Shown here piece after piece: positions 13,330 to 26,100 of a stretch of 64,000 bases of DNA. The stretch spans positions 6,056,476-6,120,475 of the forward strand of contig CAJINV010000002.1 in assembly GCA_905178155.1 (NCBI GenBank), read 5' to 3'. Below the pieces are notes generated by a model, which saw only the letters and a program-made list of their open reading frames with translations, was not told the origin of the DNA and searched no databases. This stretch comes from Amoebophrya sp. A120. Its lineage: Eukaryota; Protista; Dinoflagellata. Each line of letters starts with the position of its first letter. Position 1 is the first letter of the stretch. The position numbers and the translations under genes are program-made.

Positions 13330-14670
13330 GATCGCCTCAAGTAGGGGCTGCCTGGCCTGCTGTTTCCTAGGTAGCAGTGCCGAGCGACCCACTGGCGCCG
13401 ATGGAGGCGCCCGATTTAGCAGAGGACATCAGCGGGCCCAGCCATGCGCCAGGCCTCGGCCATGTGCTGGGCCTGGGCCTGCGGCCAGGGCTTGCCAGGC
13501 CTGGCTACTCGCTGGCCCCGGGCGAGCCACGCGCCGCGCGCGGGCGCGCTAATGGCCTGCCACCCCCTTGCAGCATGGCAATCGGAGAGCAGGCTCGGGG
13601 GGGCACAAGATCGCAAGCTCGGCGCCAAGTCTGCGCGCCGGCCGCTGCGTGCGCCCGCCCCCCCCCCCCGGCGTAGATACACACACAGCGCCCGGCGTGT
13701 GTGTTTCACACACTCACACCCCGGCCGGGCGGCGGCCCGGAAAACCAACGGCCAGCAGCTCGATCACACCTCGCTGCCCGATATCGCTGTCGGGTTCGTG
13801 TTCTGCCTCTTCGCGGGCGGGCTCGGCGAGCACTTTGCGGGCGGGCTTCCTTGCGAGCGCCGCGCCGCGTAGCCGGCCGGCCCTGCCCTTGGGGACAATG
13901 AGCAAAATCGGCCAGGCTTCTTCTTCCCATCTTTGTCATCACCAACTCCGGGCCAGGCTACCCGCGGCGGGCGTGCTCGTCGCTCGCCGACTCCAATGCT
14001 GCCCATGCTTGCATGCACCTTAAGCCCGCGGCGCTGATGTCCCCCCCATCGGAATCCATCGGGGGAGCGACACCTCTTCCCAATCCCATGCCGCCGCGCG
14101 CCCCCTGTAGTTCGCTCAAAATACTGCCCAGATGCCGGGCCGGCCCCCCCCCGCGCTTTTCCTTGCGGGTTTCCGCGGGCTTTTGTTTGCCCGCCTTGGG
14201 GCGAGGTGCTTGCCGCTGGCCCGCCCTTGTTCGTTGCCCGGCCTGCCCGCCGGCTGCGGCGCGGCCAATCGGGGGGCCCCTGCGCACACATTCAGCAGCC
14301 CGAGGGCCTCGCTTCTACGCCGCGGCCTTGGGCAGGCCCCCCGCCGGCTGCCTCAGCTTCTGGACGAAGACACGCGCCGCCTGCCCGGCAGCGGCAAGCT
14401 GCGCCATGTTCGCCAAGTCCCGGAGCCGAGGCAGGGCCTCCAGACCTTTCTGCGCGGCCTGCCTAGCCACCGACCAAACCAGCGCCCCCGATCTTCTCCG
14501 CCGCTTGCTTGCTGAACGTGGGCGACGTCGCGGAGCACTGCAACGCCTTGGCGGCGGGCGCGCCTCGGTCGATCGAAGACGCCGGCCGCAGCGGGCGCCA
14601 TGATGTTGGCCAAGTGAACGCGAGGCGCGCACCTGCGGGGCGCGTCAATCAGCACGGAGTCGCCGCGTCC
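13330..14670. other. GC-rich island 2, probably degenerate coding or TE sequence
   Basis: Abrupt rise in GC, poly-C run near 13660, frameshifted protein-like fragments. Boundaries approximate. Confidence 0.55.
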
Positions 14671-14826
14671 TTCATCATTCCCCCAAATCGCAACGCAGTC
14701 GCTTCTTTCATATATTTGCTGCTCCTTCTCGTCCGTAGATGCGAACACTTGAAGTCGTATTGCGCATAAAATGAAAATGAAAAATATGCGTTCGGACAAA
14801 AATAAAAAGTCGCTCTCTTGTTCAAT

Positions 14827-17800
14827 CTATGTTCCGCCGTAATTCCTTGCGACCTTACTGCTGCGAACATTTGCGCTGGAAAAACGCTGAGCCCCAGAAC
14901 TACTTCTGGCCTCCATCTCACCACCAAACGACGAGCTTCTCGCTCCATCGCTTTCAAGCGTAGCAGAACTACTCTCTGTCCCACCTACCAAAGATACTAT
15001 CCTGTTTCGCGGTAGTCCTCGCTGCTCATCGTCTGTTCGTCGCACAGCGGGCCCGCCACCCCCTTTTATTTGTGGTCTACGGTTATAATTTTCAAAACGT
15101 CTAAAACTGCTTTTCGCATCCAGAAATTCCACCACCGTATTGCGTGCCTCGTCATCTTCTACTTCGTTCACAGACGCCTGCCAAACCGTTCTCCCGCTTC
15201 CCTCGGCTGTGGTCCGTAATATCTTCTTTCCTTTATTAACGTTCCTCCCCTCCAGACTCCCCGGCTTTAATCTTCCAAACTGCTCAACATCCGACATTAC
15301 GCTGCTGCTACTGGAGCGCTGGTCCACCAACACAGCTCCGGTCTCGCTACCTTCGCTGAGACTGCTGGTTGAAGAACTTCCCTCGGTTTCGTCCTCCCCC
15401 TCCTCCTCACTGGAACTAGAAGATGTTTGGTCCGCACTTTCCTTCACCTTCACCAAGTTCGTGTTGCGCTGTCGCACCATGACGGCCGCCGTCGCTGCGC
15501 ACATGCTCAGAATCGTGAAAAAAATCGCCACGGGGATGCTGCGCGCCGTCTTCGAGCAGCGCACGCTGTCGTTGGGACCGGACAGCTTCCCGTCGTCGCA
15601 CGTGACGCGCAGGCTGACCGCCGCAAACCAGTTGTTCGGGTCCTCGGCCTCGCGCGGGTACAGACACCGCAGCGAGCACGAGTCCTCATGCCGCAGAATG
15701 CTGGTTTTTTGTTTCGAAGTGTAGTTGTAGCCGCACGTCCCCGCGTGCAGCGATTCCACGTCCGCGCCGGTCCTCCGCGACAGGAATTCCCCAATGTTGC
15801 AGTCGTTCGGGAGCCTGCACCGCAGCAAATTTTGACTCCCGTCGTACTCGGGGAGATACCCCACCTTGCAGACGCAGTGGAGCCGGTTGAAGGACTCAAA
15901 CGTGTAGTGGTTCGAGCCGTACACCGAACTCCGGATCTCGGCGTTTTCGGGACACGGGGTGCACTCGTAATAGTTAGTTGATGTTCCGCTGGCAGTACTT
16001 GAGGACCTTGTCACATAGCTGCGCGGAGAAAACGGAGAGGTGGACCTCATACGGGCTGTGTTCGATGCTGTTCCTGGTATGTTGTGCCTCTGCTGTTCGA
16101 GATGTTGAAGTGTTGCCAGCGTGTTTGCATCCGTGATCTGCTTTAAGTAATGGCTGGTGGAAGCCAAGCACCGGCAGCTTCTCTCGTCTTGCCCCTTCGT
16201 CGCCCGTATGGTTTACTTATCAAAGTGCACAACTCGATGTCGGTCCCCCGTCGTTGTTGCGAGGCGTGGTGCAATCGAAGCCGTAAAAACTTCAGCAGAA
16301 CAAGCACAAGTGTTGCCTCTCCATAAAAAATCAAATCCACACACAACGCTGCTGATTGGTCCACGAGGAAGCTGCCAACTTGCCAAGACCAAAAAGGAAA
16401 ATGAGTAAATTTTCGAAAATTAGCGATACTTTCGCGCTAAGAAATGACGGGAAAAAAATGAAAAAGCTCCCTCTCGCGTTTGAGCCCGGTATCCGCAGCT
16501 TGACCAGTTGCCAAGATCAAAAAGAAAATTTGGCGCATTTTGAAAAATTTGCGATACTTTCGCGCTGCAAAATGACACGAAAAAAACGAAAAAGCTGCTT
16601 TTCGCGTTTGTGGGCCGGTTCGTACGCTGACCTGTGGCAAAAATATTGGCCGGAATAAATGCAAGGCAGTGCTGAAGAGTGAGAGGAGGCAACACGATCT
16701 GAGGGTAGCGCAGCAATATTTGCTTCTGGTGCTGCAGTTGGACTACTTTCGCATCAAAAACTACACTATGTGGGGACCTCGACCTCCACAGGAGTTGTGC
16801 ACTCTCATATCGCAGCGCAGCATCGAAGAGGTAGGGCGCGGTCGTGACGTACGGAGGCATTTCCATAGTGTGGTACCGTAGAGGGCCGTTCTGTGCCGCC
16901 CACACGTTCAAGTTCAGCCAAGTCACGGTGTTGTTCGGACACGCATAACAGAGATTCGTGTCCTCCCCGGATGTAGGTGATGCCGTGGTAGTTACTGCTA
17001 TCCCTGTAGCAGCTCTGACGGCAGCAGGAGATGGCGAGTAAAACGTGTTTTTACACACGCACGATGTGAAATATGACGCTCTCAGGCGTTCTCACACTCT
17101 CAACTGTTAAATGCAATAATACTAATGGCAAAAGTAAAAACAAAGGGGAAGAAGATTGCGCCTTTTGCATATACAGGTTTGACGCAGATTCTAATGCTAT
17201 CCATCGCGTCGAGATGCACTTGTCATGCGAAGTAGCAGCTTGCGCTTGGTAATGTAGAAGTGACAACTTTGCATCTCATGTAACTGTAGTTGAGAATGTA
17301 AAGTTTAACAATCCCATATGAAACTCGTCAAGGGGTCAGACCAGGAACCGTACGCGCACGGGAGGCAGAGGTCGACGGAGGGGGTGGAGGAGCTGTTGGC
17401 TGTTGAATCGACGACGGACGAGGAAGTTGCAGTTGCAGGAGCACCAGATCCTGCTGTCATGTTCGTTGTGTTGATATCGTGCGGTAGAAGCAGGTCTTTC
17501 GCCGAGTAGGAATAGGGATAAGCAGAACTGTTTTTCCCGTTCGTCGCTAGTACCGCTGTAGTTCCAGTCGCTGTACCTGTTGTACCTCCTCCGACAAAAG
17601 TGTAGTCTTGCGGCAACTCCGCTAGAGAATTCACGTACTCGTGATATACCCCCCTCGCCAGATTTTCTTGGATTTGCCGCAGAAACGGGTTTGTCGTGCC
17701 CGGGACTTTGTTTGGTCCAGAAGCAACACCAGCAACAACGCTACTTTTCGCCCCGTTTAAACGCACGGTGAAAGTTGTTGCCGAAGTGGAGGTATTGTTG

Positions 17801-20800
17801 GAAGTTGCGTTATTTGATGCAGAAGAAGTTGAGTTGGTTATGGTTTCATTCGTTGTCACATTCAACGCTGCAATTTCTGCCTGCAGCAACTTCTGCACCA
17901 CAGAGGAGACCGAGCTATCCGCCCAGGTCCAGCCAAAAACGTCATCGTCACTGGCCGCGTCAACGGCTTCTGAGACAGCGTAAGCCTGTGAGCTGTTCGC
18001 GAGACTCTGCTCGGCGATTGTGGCGAGAAGTTGGACCAGCTTACTGCTGGCGTTGGAATTAATATTAACGCCAGACGTCGAGCTTGCGGATAGAGTAGTT
18101 GTACTAGGGATCACGCCTTGGCTACTGGGTGCGTTCTCCACGACCAACGAGCCCGTCGCATTGTAAAACCCCTCAGGACAGCGGCAAGCACTCTTGACGA
18201 CGTTTTTTGTCGCCGCTGCGATGTCTGCTGTTGTGTCAAGAGCAGATGCGCCGGGGTGTGATGTTAGAACCCTTTGTGTTATTGAAACTGTGCTCCCTGC
18301 TGTCGTGTCTGTTGTGGTTCCGGTCGTCATTCCACTGGCGAGCGCAACGAAAGGACTCGCTGCGGCAGCTTCGGAGGTTTTCGCGTCCGTTAAGTACTGC
18401 TGCCTGGCGTAGTCCTCGCAATTCCAATACCCATTTGCAAAGGCGCTGTCTGATCCGTCACGCAGTTGATGCTCTAGTACGTTAGATGAGGTGGAATCGG
18501 TTGCGTTCTGATTCGTCTTTATCTCCAAGTCTAGCAACCGCAGGGAGTCATTCTGCAGTTGAAAAAGCGTCTTCAACGGTTCGGTCCCACGAAGATAGGT
18601 CACCCCCACCCCGGCGCTTGTAGTTCCTGGATTCGTACCAGAGGTACTAGAAGTAGCTGGCACAACCGGGTCGTTGAGAGTTGTGTAAACGCAACCTGGC
18701 TGGACTAGCGGCACGACGAAGGGCAGGAGAACCAGTTCTGTTGCAGAAGTGGTTGCCCCTCCTGAGGTGGAATCTTCGGAAGCAGAAGCAGTCTGCGCTC
18801 CCGTGCTCGTCGGTAGCCGGACGCCGCCTGTGGTTTGATACACATAGTCGGCAAACGCCAACTCCTGCCCCGGCAGTCCGTACACGGGTTGGAGAATTTG
18901 CATCGAAGAATTTGTGCTATTGTTGCTCGAAGACGACGATGACCCCGTTGCACCACCTTCTTGCAACTGCTGTGAGCTATGAAAAAATTCAACGGTCCTC
19001 AGCATGACCCAGGAAAGCGCGAACCCGCACGGTCGGACCTGCCTGCCTTGTGTTGTCGATAGTTCATCGGCATCGTAGATTGCGGTCGCCTTCGTCAGGC
19101 CGCAGGGCCCGGCGTCGAAAGTGGCAAGCCTTGGAGCCGGGCTGGTTGTGGTTGTAGTTGTTTCATCGCCCGCTGAAGTCGTGCTGGTCTGATTCGACGA
19201 CGGAGTAGATTGCTGTTGGGCACTGGTCGTGGTGACGGCTGATTGAATACCACTACTAGCAGTACTACCACTGCCATCCGTGCCACTGGTTCCGTTCCAT
19301 GTCCAGACGACTACGCGTATGAAATGCGAAAGTATCCTATCGCACTCGTATAAATGCATTACAAATTTTCCCAGCATGAGAAATAAAATTTGTAATGCCG
19401 TTTTACCTTGAGAAAGATATTTGTAATGCATGACTGCAATACGAGTACGATACTTTTGCACAGGATAACGCGATCGGGATTACAGAAGCAACCACTGCTG
19501 GTCTTGTACAATGCGTGCGCCGGAAATGAGAGTACACAACTCCCCCTGCCCCTCCCCCTTCATTTGTGTTGCATGAACAGCAACACAAGCGCTGGCAAAG
19601 ATGCAGCTTTTGCATGACAAATTTCTACAAGATTGTAGTGCTGTTTTGGATCATTCCGGAATCTGTCATGAAAACAATGCTAACAGGCAAAGGGTGGATT
19701 TGGAATTTTGCATGACAAATGTTGAGGGGGAGGGGGTGGAGTTGTGCATTGTCATACCGGAGCCCAGATTCGAGGCCCGACGTTGTTGGGATGGACCGCG
19801 AGTGCAATCGGATCGGTTGTTGAGTTTAATATGCCTCGTTCAGCGATCATGTGACAATGACAAGAAGCAATCTTCAATCATGCGAATTACAATGTAAAAA
19901 AAGCACAAGCTTACAACCTGTGGCACCGAAAGGAAACTGAGCTTGGCGTTTGCATCAAAAAGCGTTTTGCACTAGATCAGGTCAGCTAACTTGTCTGAGT
20001 TTGATATTTGACCAGCCTCGGCACGCACACTAGTACTTACCGTCTCAGCAGATGCGCCATACAGGTCACATTTAGGAGAAGCTTTTTCTTGCAAATGAAT
20101 AGTATATCAACACTTCTAGTACCTTTTCCCAAACGTAGGACTTCTTTAAGATTGTCACTTCCGCACACAGGTCGTGGATACCAAACTGTGTGAAGTTCTG
20201 CACCCCGCTGCAGGGAAAGCAGCTGGGCAAGATCTTCTGGGCGACCGCTCCGGGCGGCGCTTTGCTAATAAAGGTGCCCGCCGTCCCCTCCGACGCAGTA
20301 GCTGCCTTCAGATAAAACGCCACGCCACTGAAGACGGCCGGCTGGTCGAGGACATCTCTGCCCAACTGGGGCGCCAGTACGGCATTCGCGTCGTCCTCGT
20401 AAATCAAGCTTGTTTCATAAAAACCGTGGCCATTCTCTCCCGAAAAATCCGGGAGACCGTCGCAAACACAGGAGTTGGTCGGCGGGTAGTAGAAATCCGG
20501 GCGGTTTTCGAACTTCGTCAAGTCGGTCCGCAAAACGCCGGGCTCCGGACTGAACCAGCGACTATCCGTCGTCACTGCCGCGTAGAACCCGGTATCGGTC
20601 AAGTTCAGAAACCCCAGTGCCAAATCATCCGCGGCTGAGGTTCTACCGCGGTCGTTCGGTGCTGGGTTCAAGGATGAAAGCACTTCTTCTCCGGATGAAG
20701 ATGCGGCGGTTGGCTCCATGACATCAACTACCGTGGCGCTGCGCACACCCCCAGGGGTTGCAGTACGTCTATTTTGCTGTCGCAAAGGATTCCGGTAGGG

Positions 20801-21928
20801 CAAAACCGTTTGTTCGGCGATACTGTTCTTCTCCCTGTCCGAGTCGGAAATGTAGATATGGAGTTCTCAGTCGTTACATTCTCAACTGTTACATGAATTT
20901 GTCGCGCAAAAGTACTTTAAGCCGGCAGATGATCGAGCTGCTTCGCATGACAAATTTCCGGAGGACTAGACAGCATCTAAATCTGCGCCAAACTTGTAAT
21001 GCAAAAGGCGCAATCTCCCTCCTTTCACTTTTGCCAGTCTTGCATTACAAATTCATGTAACAGTTGAGAACGTAACATTTGAGAACTCCATAGTAGACTC
21101 TCTGCGCTTTCAACGGAGGAAACCGGATTGTGCCCTGGAGAATTTCGAACATGACTTATCAGAGTGCACAACTACTTACTCTCCCTCCCCCCAACATTCG
21201 CGATGTAAAATCCCAGATCTTCCAGCTGTTGAGCTGTTGTGTCTAGTCTCTTGCCACTGTCTTTGCGTGACATCAAATTCCAGAAACCAGAACGATACTT
21301 ACTACAGTCGGCTCATAGCATCAACTTCTCATACGCGCGTTCTTCTACGTGTTGTGGCGATCTTTGTATTGCTCCTGCTCATGCCAACTACAAAAAAATG
21401 ATGGGGACGTGGGGGAGCTCTTGTGCACGACTCGCATATGGCTTCACCGTTGTACAGCACCTGGTCAAAGACGCTCGTGACTGCGCAAGACTGCGGCTCG
21501 GAGGAGGAAAAACTACCGGAGGCTCCTGCTGGGGTTGATGATGCGGTCTGGTTTATTGGAGTTGTTGTTGAATTTAGTGTGTCATTGGTGGAGGAGGAGG
21601 TCTGTTGAGCAGCCACGAAGAGTTTTGCTGCTCTTCTACCAAAAAAAGAGCTGCGCAAGGACAACTGTGAAGTAGAGGTGCGAGAATCATATGATCGCTC
21701 CAAAAGCCGCTGGTGCCCGTCCTCGTCACAGCATATGTGAAAGAGGACTATGACAATGCAGTCGATAACTTTCTTCATCCTCCACAACGGCAACGGACTG
21801 TTGGGGCGTCGGTAGTACATACGCTCAGCCGCCACTGTGTTACCGCCGTTCCTTCTTTTTACCCGCTTGATGCACGACTTGCAGACAGAAGCGACGCCTG
21901 TCACCGACGACTTAAACGGGAAGACCAT
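14827..21928 (-). CDS. Large Cys-rich type I membrane/surface protein (GCC2/GCC3- or ephrin-receptor-like CxxC/CxC repeats), 8 exons
   Basis: Repeated CxPC...SCxC..GY/FY motifs, S/T-rich linkers, C-terminal TM IPVAIFFTILSMCAATAAVMV. Seven junctions join in frame. Start uncertain (ATGs at 21928, 21820, 21778). Confidence 0.75.
16218..16809. mobile_element. Introner family C, enlarged by an internal tandem repeat; DRs diverged
   Basis: tatcaaagtgcacaactc / gagttgtgcactctcata. Removing 597 nt gives AALRTIRATKGQDERSCRC. Confidence 0.8.
16380..16644. repeat. Tandem repeat, 128-bp period, about 2 copies
   Basis: ttgccaagaYcaaaaag at 16380 and 16508, with shared gcgatactttcgcgct and gaaaaagct blocks. 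Confidence 0.85.
17072..17318. mobile_element. Introner family D, DR tgaaa
   Basis: Subterminal tctcaactgtta / taactgtagttgaga. Excision gives LTSFTSCVCKN. Confidence 0.85.
19318..19467. mobile_element. Introner family B (150 bp), DR acgcg
   Basis: Right end acgagtacgatacttttgcacaggata. Excision gives CFCNPDRVVVW. Confidence 0.9.
19525..19756. mobile_element. Introner family C, DR ccgga
   Basis: aatgagagtacacaactcc / ggagttgtgcattgtcata (left end AAT instead of TAT). Excision gives RIWAPAHALY. Confidence 0.88.
19830..20180. other. Intron readable either as a degenerate TAT..ATA+5 introner or as GT-AG (19835-20181)
   Basis: Both excisions (356 nt or 347 nt) keep the same frame. Confidence 0.6.
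20857..21092. mobile_element. Introner family D with ~45-bp TIR, DR gtaga
   Basis: tatggagttctcagtcgttacattctcaactgttacatgaattt and its near-perfect inverse. Excision gives AQRVYISDSD. Confidence 0.93.
21157..21438. mobile_element. Introner family C, DR tgact/tggct
   Basis: tatcagagtgcacaa / ttgtgcacgactcgcata. Excision gives YNGEAMFEIL. Confidence 0.8.
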
Positions 21929-23123
21929 CGCGCCTGTCAGAGCCAAAAGAAACGTATTCAAATCAACAACGATGCATATTTATGTCATACGCATGATTTC
22001 GATGTAGAAAAAAGACATACTGTTCTGAAGCAGTCGTTTCAGGAAGTAAAAATTATGAGACAAAAAAGAATCCTACACTTGTTCCGTCACCAGAAACTGA
22101 ATCCAAAACTTTCGAAACGCTATGTATGTATCCGTAAAGACAACTACTTCTAAAACTGCATGTGTGTGTTGTTGTCGTCGAGTGGGTGAAGCAAGATGAT
22201 GTGTTGAAAAGTGCATACAAGTGATGTGGTCTTCGTCTTGCACAGAGTCATAGATACATTATCGTTATCCTAAAATTCCAGCAGCATTGGCAGAACAACC
22301 AGACGCCGGTATCTAAAGAACATCATGGATCCGATTCTCTTTTCTATTCGATGACTGAGTGCGAGCATCAGATATCACAAGTAGCAAAATCACAATACAA
22401 AGTGGGGACACGATCAACAATAGATCGATCAAAGGGGAGCAAAACGTAAATCACAAGAACTTTCCACCAGAAACAAACGCACCATTTTCCGCTGAGCTTT
22501 TTACCTTATCATGAGTTGGGAGACAATGACAAGCTACGCCACAAAAAAAACACATCAGAGGGCACAAGAAACTTCTCTTTGCGACGAAAATACGAGCGAA
22601 GCAACTCCTGTACTGGTACAAACGACGAGGATCTTGTTTTGCTTGGGAAAGAAGTGGGTTGTGCACCCAAAAGAGCTTGATCTAGAAAAGAAGTAAAACC
22701 AGATCGACTTGGAGGTTGTGTTTTGGATTTTGCCGGGCGTCGTAGACTGGACAATACGCAATACGTTTACAACAGGAAGCCACGTCGACCATTTCGTGTC
22801 TTTCCCATAAGGAACGTCGACGCGGCCGGTCTGATTGTGTTCAATGTAAACACTTTCTTCTTTCCGATAAGGATAGAAATTCCCTGTCTGTTTCTGTACT
22901 AGGTACTCGCATTCTTCACGAGTCATCGACAAAGCCTATTGATTCTATGCCTGACATCGAAGAATCTCAAAATCCAAGATCACCCACAGCTCAGATGTGA
23001 GACAACAAAGACTTAACAAAAAACTTCCATAAGCGATGATTTTCTTTTCGTGCAATCACGATCATGATCCACCTCCACCCCCGATAGCTGTAGCCCTGCT
23101 GATTAATATCCGCTAGAACGGCT

Positions 23124-26100
23124 TTATGATAAATCCTGCTGCGCCTCCCGCTCTTCCTCCGGGTAGAAATACGCAAATGCCAAGAACAGCAGCGCCGCAC
23201 AGAACACGAGCTTGGCAGCGTCAGACAGGTTTTTCAAGTCCCCCTATCAAGTGTAAAAGTGTTTGGGTCTGGAAGAATGCAACCTGTCGCGCTAAATCTG
23301 AAGCATGCAAAAATCTGCGCTGCATGATTACCAGAAGTCGCCCAGTTTTGACCAAGTCGGGAGGGAGTTTCTCATGCAGGATAGGCATGAGAGAGATCGC
23401 GCAGAGTCTGTCATGCTAGGTCCTGCATTCCAGACCTCATGGGTCATGGAAAAGCTGCATGACAAGTCGCGCACTCTTCCAGACCCAGACATTTTTACAT
23501 TTGATACCCCCATCCGGGCCTCCATACCAGTGTCCGTAATGTACCATTTGTGATTCGCCATGGCAATGCGCGTTAGCCACGCGTACAACATCCCCGTGCT
23601 CTGCGCCTCCTGCCGCGCGTTCTGCGCGGCCTCACTGGCAACGTCGCGGTCCTGGCGGAAGTTCCCCGCAACGGGCAGGACTTGCGGGGACCCGGGGAGA
23701 TTTTCCATCAGAATCAGGTCGCCCGGCTGGAAATGGGCCGTGTCCTCCTGCTCGCTGTTGTAATGCTCGAAGGGATCTCTACCGATGTAGAAATCAAAAT
23801 CGGCCTCGTGGTTCTTCACACTAGAAGTACGAAAAGAAGAAGAAGAACTGCTTGCTGTGGAAACTACAGCTTCGTCTCTGCTCGTCTTCGTTTGCGGCTC
23901 AAGAACCTTTCCTGACGACTTCTGGTTGAGCGCCGGCGGGTCTCGTACTCCCACCTTTGCGGTGACTTTTCCCTCATCCTCGTTAATTTGATTCACCGCT
24001 TGCTTGACTGCAGCGACATCAAGGGACTCTTTCTTCGTAGCAGCTCGGCCAGCCCGAGCATTCTTGCTCTTGTTCTTCTTCTTCCTTTTTTCGGCTGCGG
24101 CGGCGAAGGGATTTCTGACAACAGCTTTCTGCTTCTTGGCTGGCTTACTGTTATGCTGTGCAAAACGTCTTGCAGCGCACACGTCTGAACAAGTTCTTGA
24201 CGATGGCAAAACAAATGACAGGATGAATTATTTCTTTGTTCACTTTCGATATCGAATAGTACAAATTTTGATTCATCGGAAAAGTCGCATAGCATTTTTT
24301 TGACGGTGCGATAGTACTTTTGCAACTCATACTTGTCGTACCCCCGGTCTTGTTCGGGAGCTCTGGCCGGCACCCTCGCGTCTTTATCTATATCATTTCC
24401 AAGTGGCGCATTGCAAATACTGTCTCGGTATTTATTGTCTTGCTCCGCCCGCTGTTTTTCCTTCTCAGACAGGGGCGCTGCGACCTGTTTACTGCCTTTG
24501 TCCTTGTTGTTCTGTCGCGCTGCTGGGGAGTTGTGTTTTGTTCCTTGCTGGCCGTTCTGTGGACTGCCTGCGCCGGATGCAGTTGTACTACTGGATCCAG
24601 CGGTACTGGATGTTTCCTTGTGATTCGTACGCCTTGTTGTACCCCTAGCCTTTCTTTGTTTCCGGTCATATGACGCGATTAGCTCATCCCGGTCAAAGAA
24701 ATCCAAAAACCAGGAAGCCAGCCAGCCATACTTCTTGAGGTTTTCCGCTCTCCTTTTCTCCCGGTCTTCCTTCACCCAGGTCCGGCGCTCTTCCTCCTTT
24801 TCCGCATGCAGCTCCTCGGCCATGCTCGCCATTGGACTGACGCGGAGACAGTACCGCGTGTACAGGCCGTCGTGGTAGTAGTACACCGGAGCGATTTCCG
24901 GACCAACGGTGGCATTTTTCTCCGCCACGCGCTCCAGGTATTCGTGAATCCGCATGCCATTCCGTTTCCGCACCCCTTCCCTCCGCATCATTTCGCTTCG
25001 TTTCTGCGAATTCCCTTCTTCGCGAAGTAGTTCCGGGCGGCTGTATAGGTCGAACGCGTTATGAAATGTGGGAGCAGACGCGGTAGCAGCCATAGTCGCC
25101 GCTCGCATAGGAGAACTCGTGTTGTCTACTTTCTCATCCTCTATGCTCTTCGTCAAAGTTTCCTCATCGGCCTCGAACACCAGAGGCTTCACGGGCATCA
25201 CCTGTTGGCAGTATCTCAGCACCTGCATCTGCAAAAAAATCCGCCGGTTGCTCGGCGGCGGAAATGCGTAGGGAGGTTTGATCAGGTGCGCTTGTTCTTG
25301 CGGACCGCCGTTGGTGGAGGTGGTGGACGATTCAGTACTAGTAGTACTTTTCATCTTCTTCCACATAGCCCATTCGCTTTCCGCAACCTCTTCGTCGGAT
25401 TCGTAATAGCCCCAGGTCCACTGCAGGCTGTACTCTTGGAGAATGTTCGGCCTGGTATACTGCGATCCGGTGATTTGCCCCGGGTGCGGGTACTGCAGGG
25501 TGGGGAACACCAGCGATTCGTAGTCTGCCCAGCGGAACTTTTGCTTCACGAAGTTTGCAAAGGCGTCGAAAAACTTCTGACTGATGACATCCATCTTCAA
25601 GTTTTTCCGTTTGAATGTCTTTTCCCGGCGGTCCGGCGCCGTCTTCCGGTGCCCGCGCAGCCGGCTTGTCATGTTTTTTTCGTCCAGCACCAAACTGGGC
25701 GGGCTGCGCACGTGGTACAGCTGAAGGAGGGAAGGCGGGATAGTACTAGTACCTTCATCGTTCTTCTTTTGCTCGTCAGCTGCTGCGCTCTTCTTTTGTG
25801 CCTTCTTGTTTTCATCCGGTTTTCCGGAGGGAGAGGGCGTTTCAGGTGGGAACAGCGCACTGTCGTCTTCCAGCAAGTAGGGGTCGCAATCCTGGTTGGT
25901 CGTCCGCATCTGCCACCGAGCTAGATCGTCGTGGTGCTTGCTGACATGATTAATTTCCTGTCGCTGCATCGCATTGGTCAACGCCATCAAATGCCGAAAT
26001 TTGTCGTTTATCATCCCGTTATCATGGACTTTTCCCTGGTAGAAGACGGTGCTTGCCGGGATGGCCTCCGCCGTCCAGTTCGCGCGCTGCAGGTTTTTAC

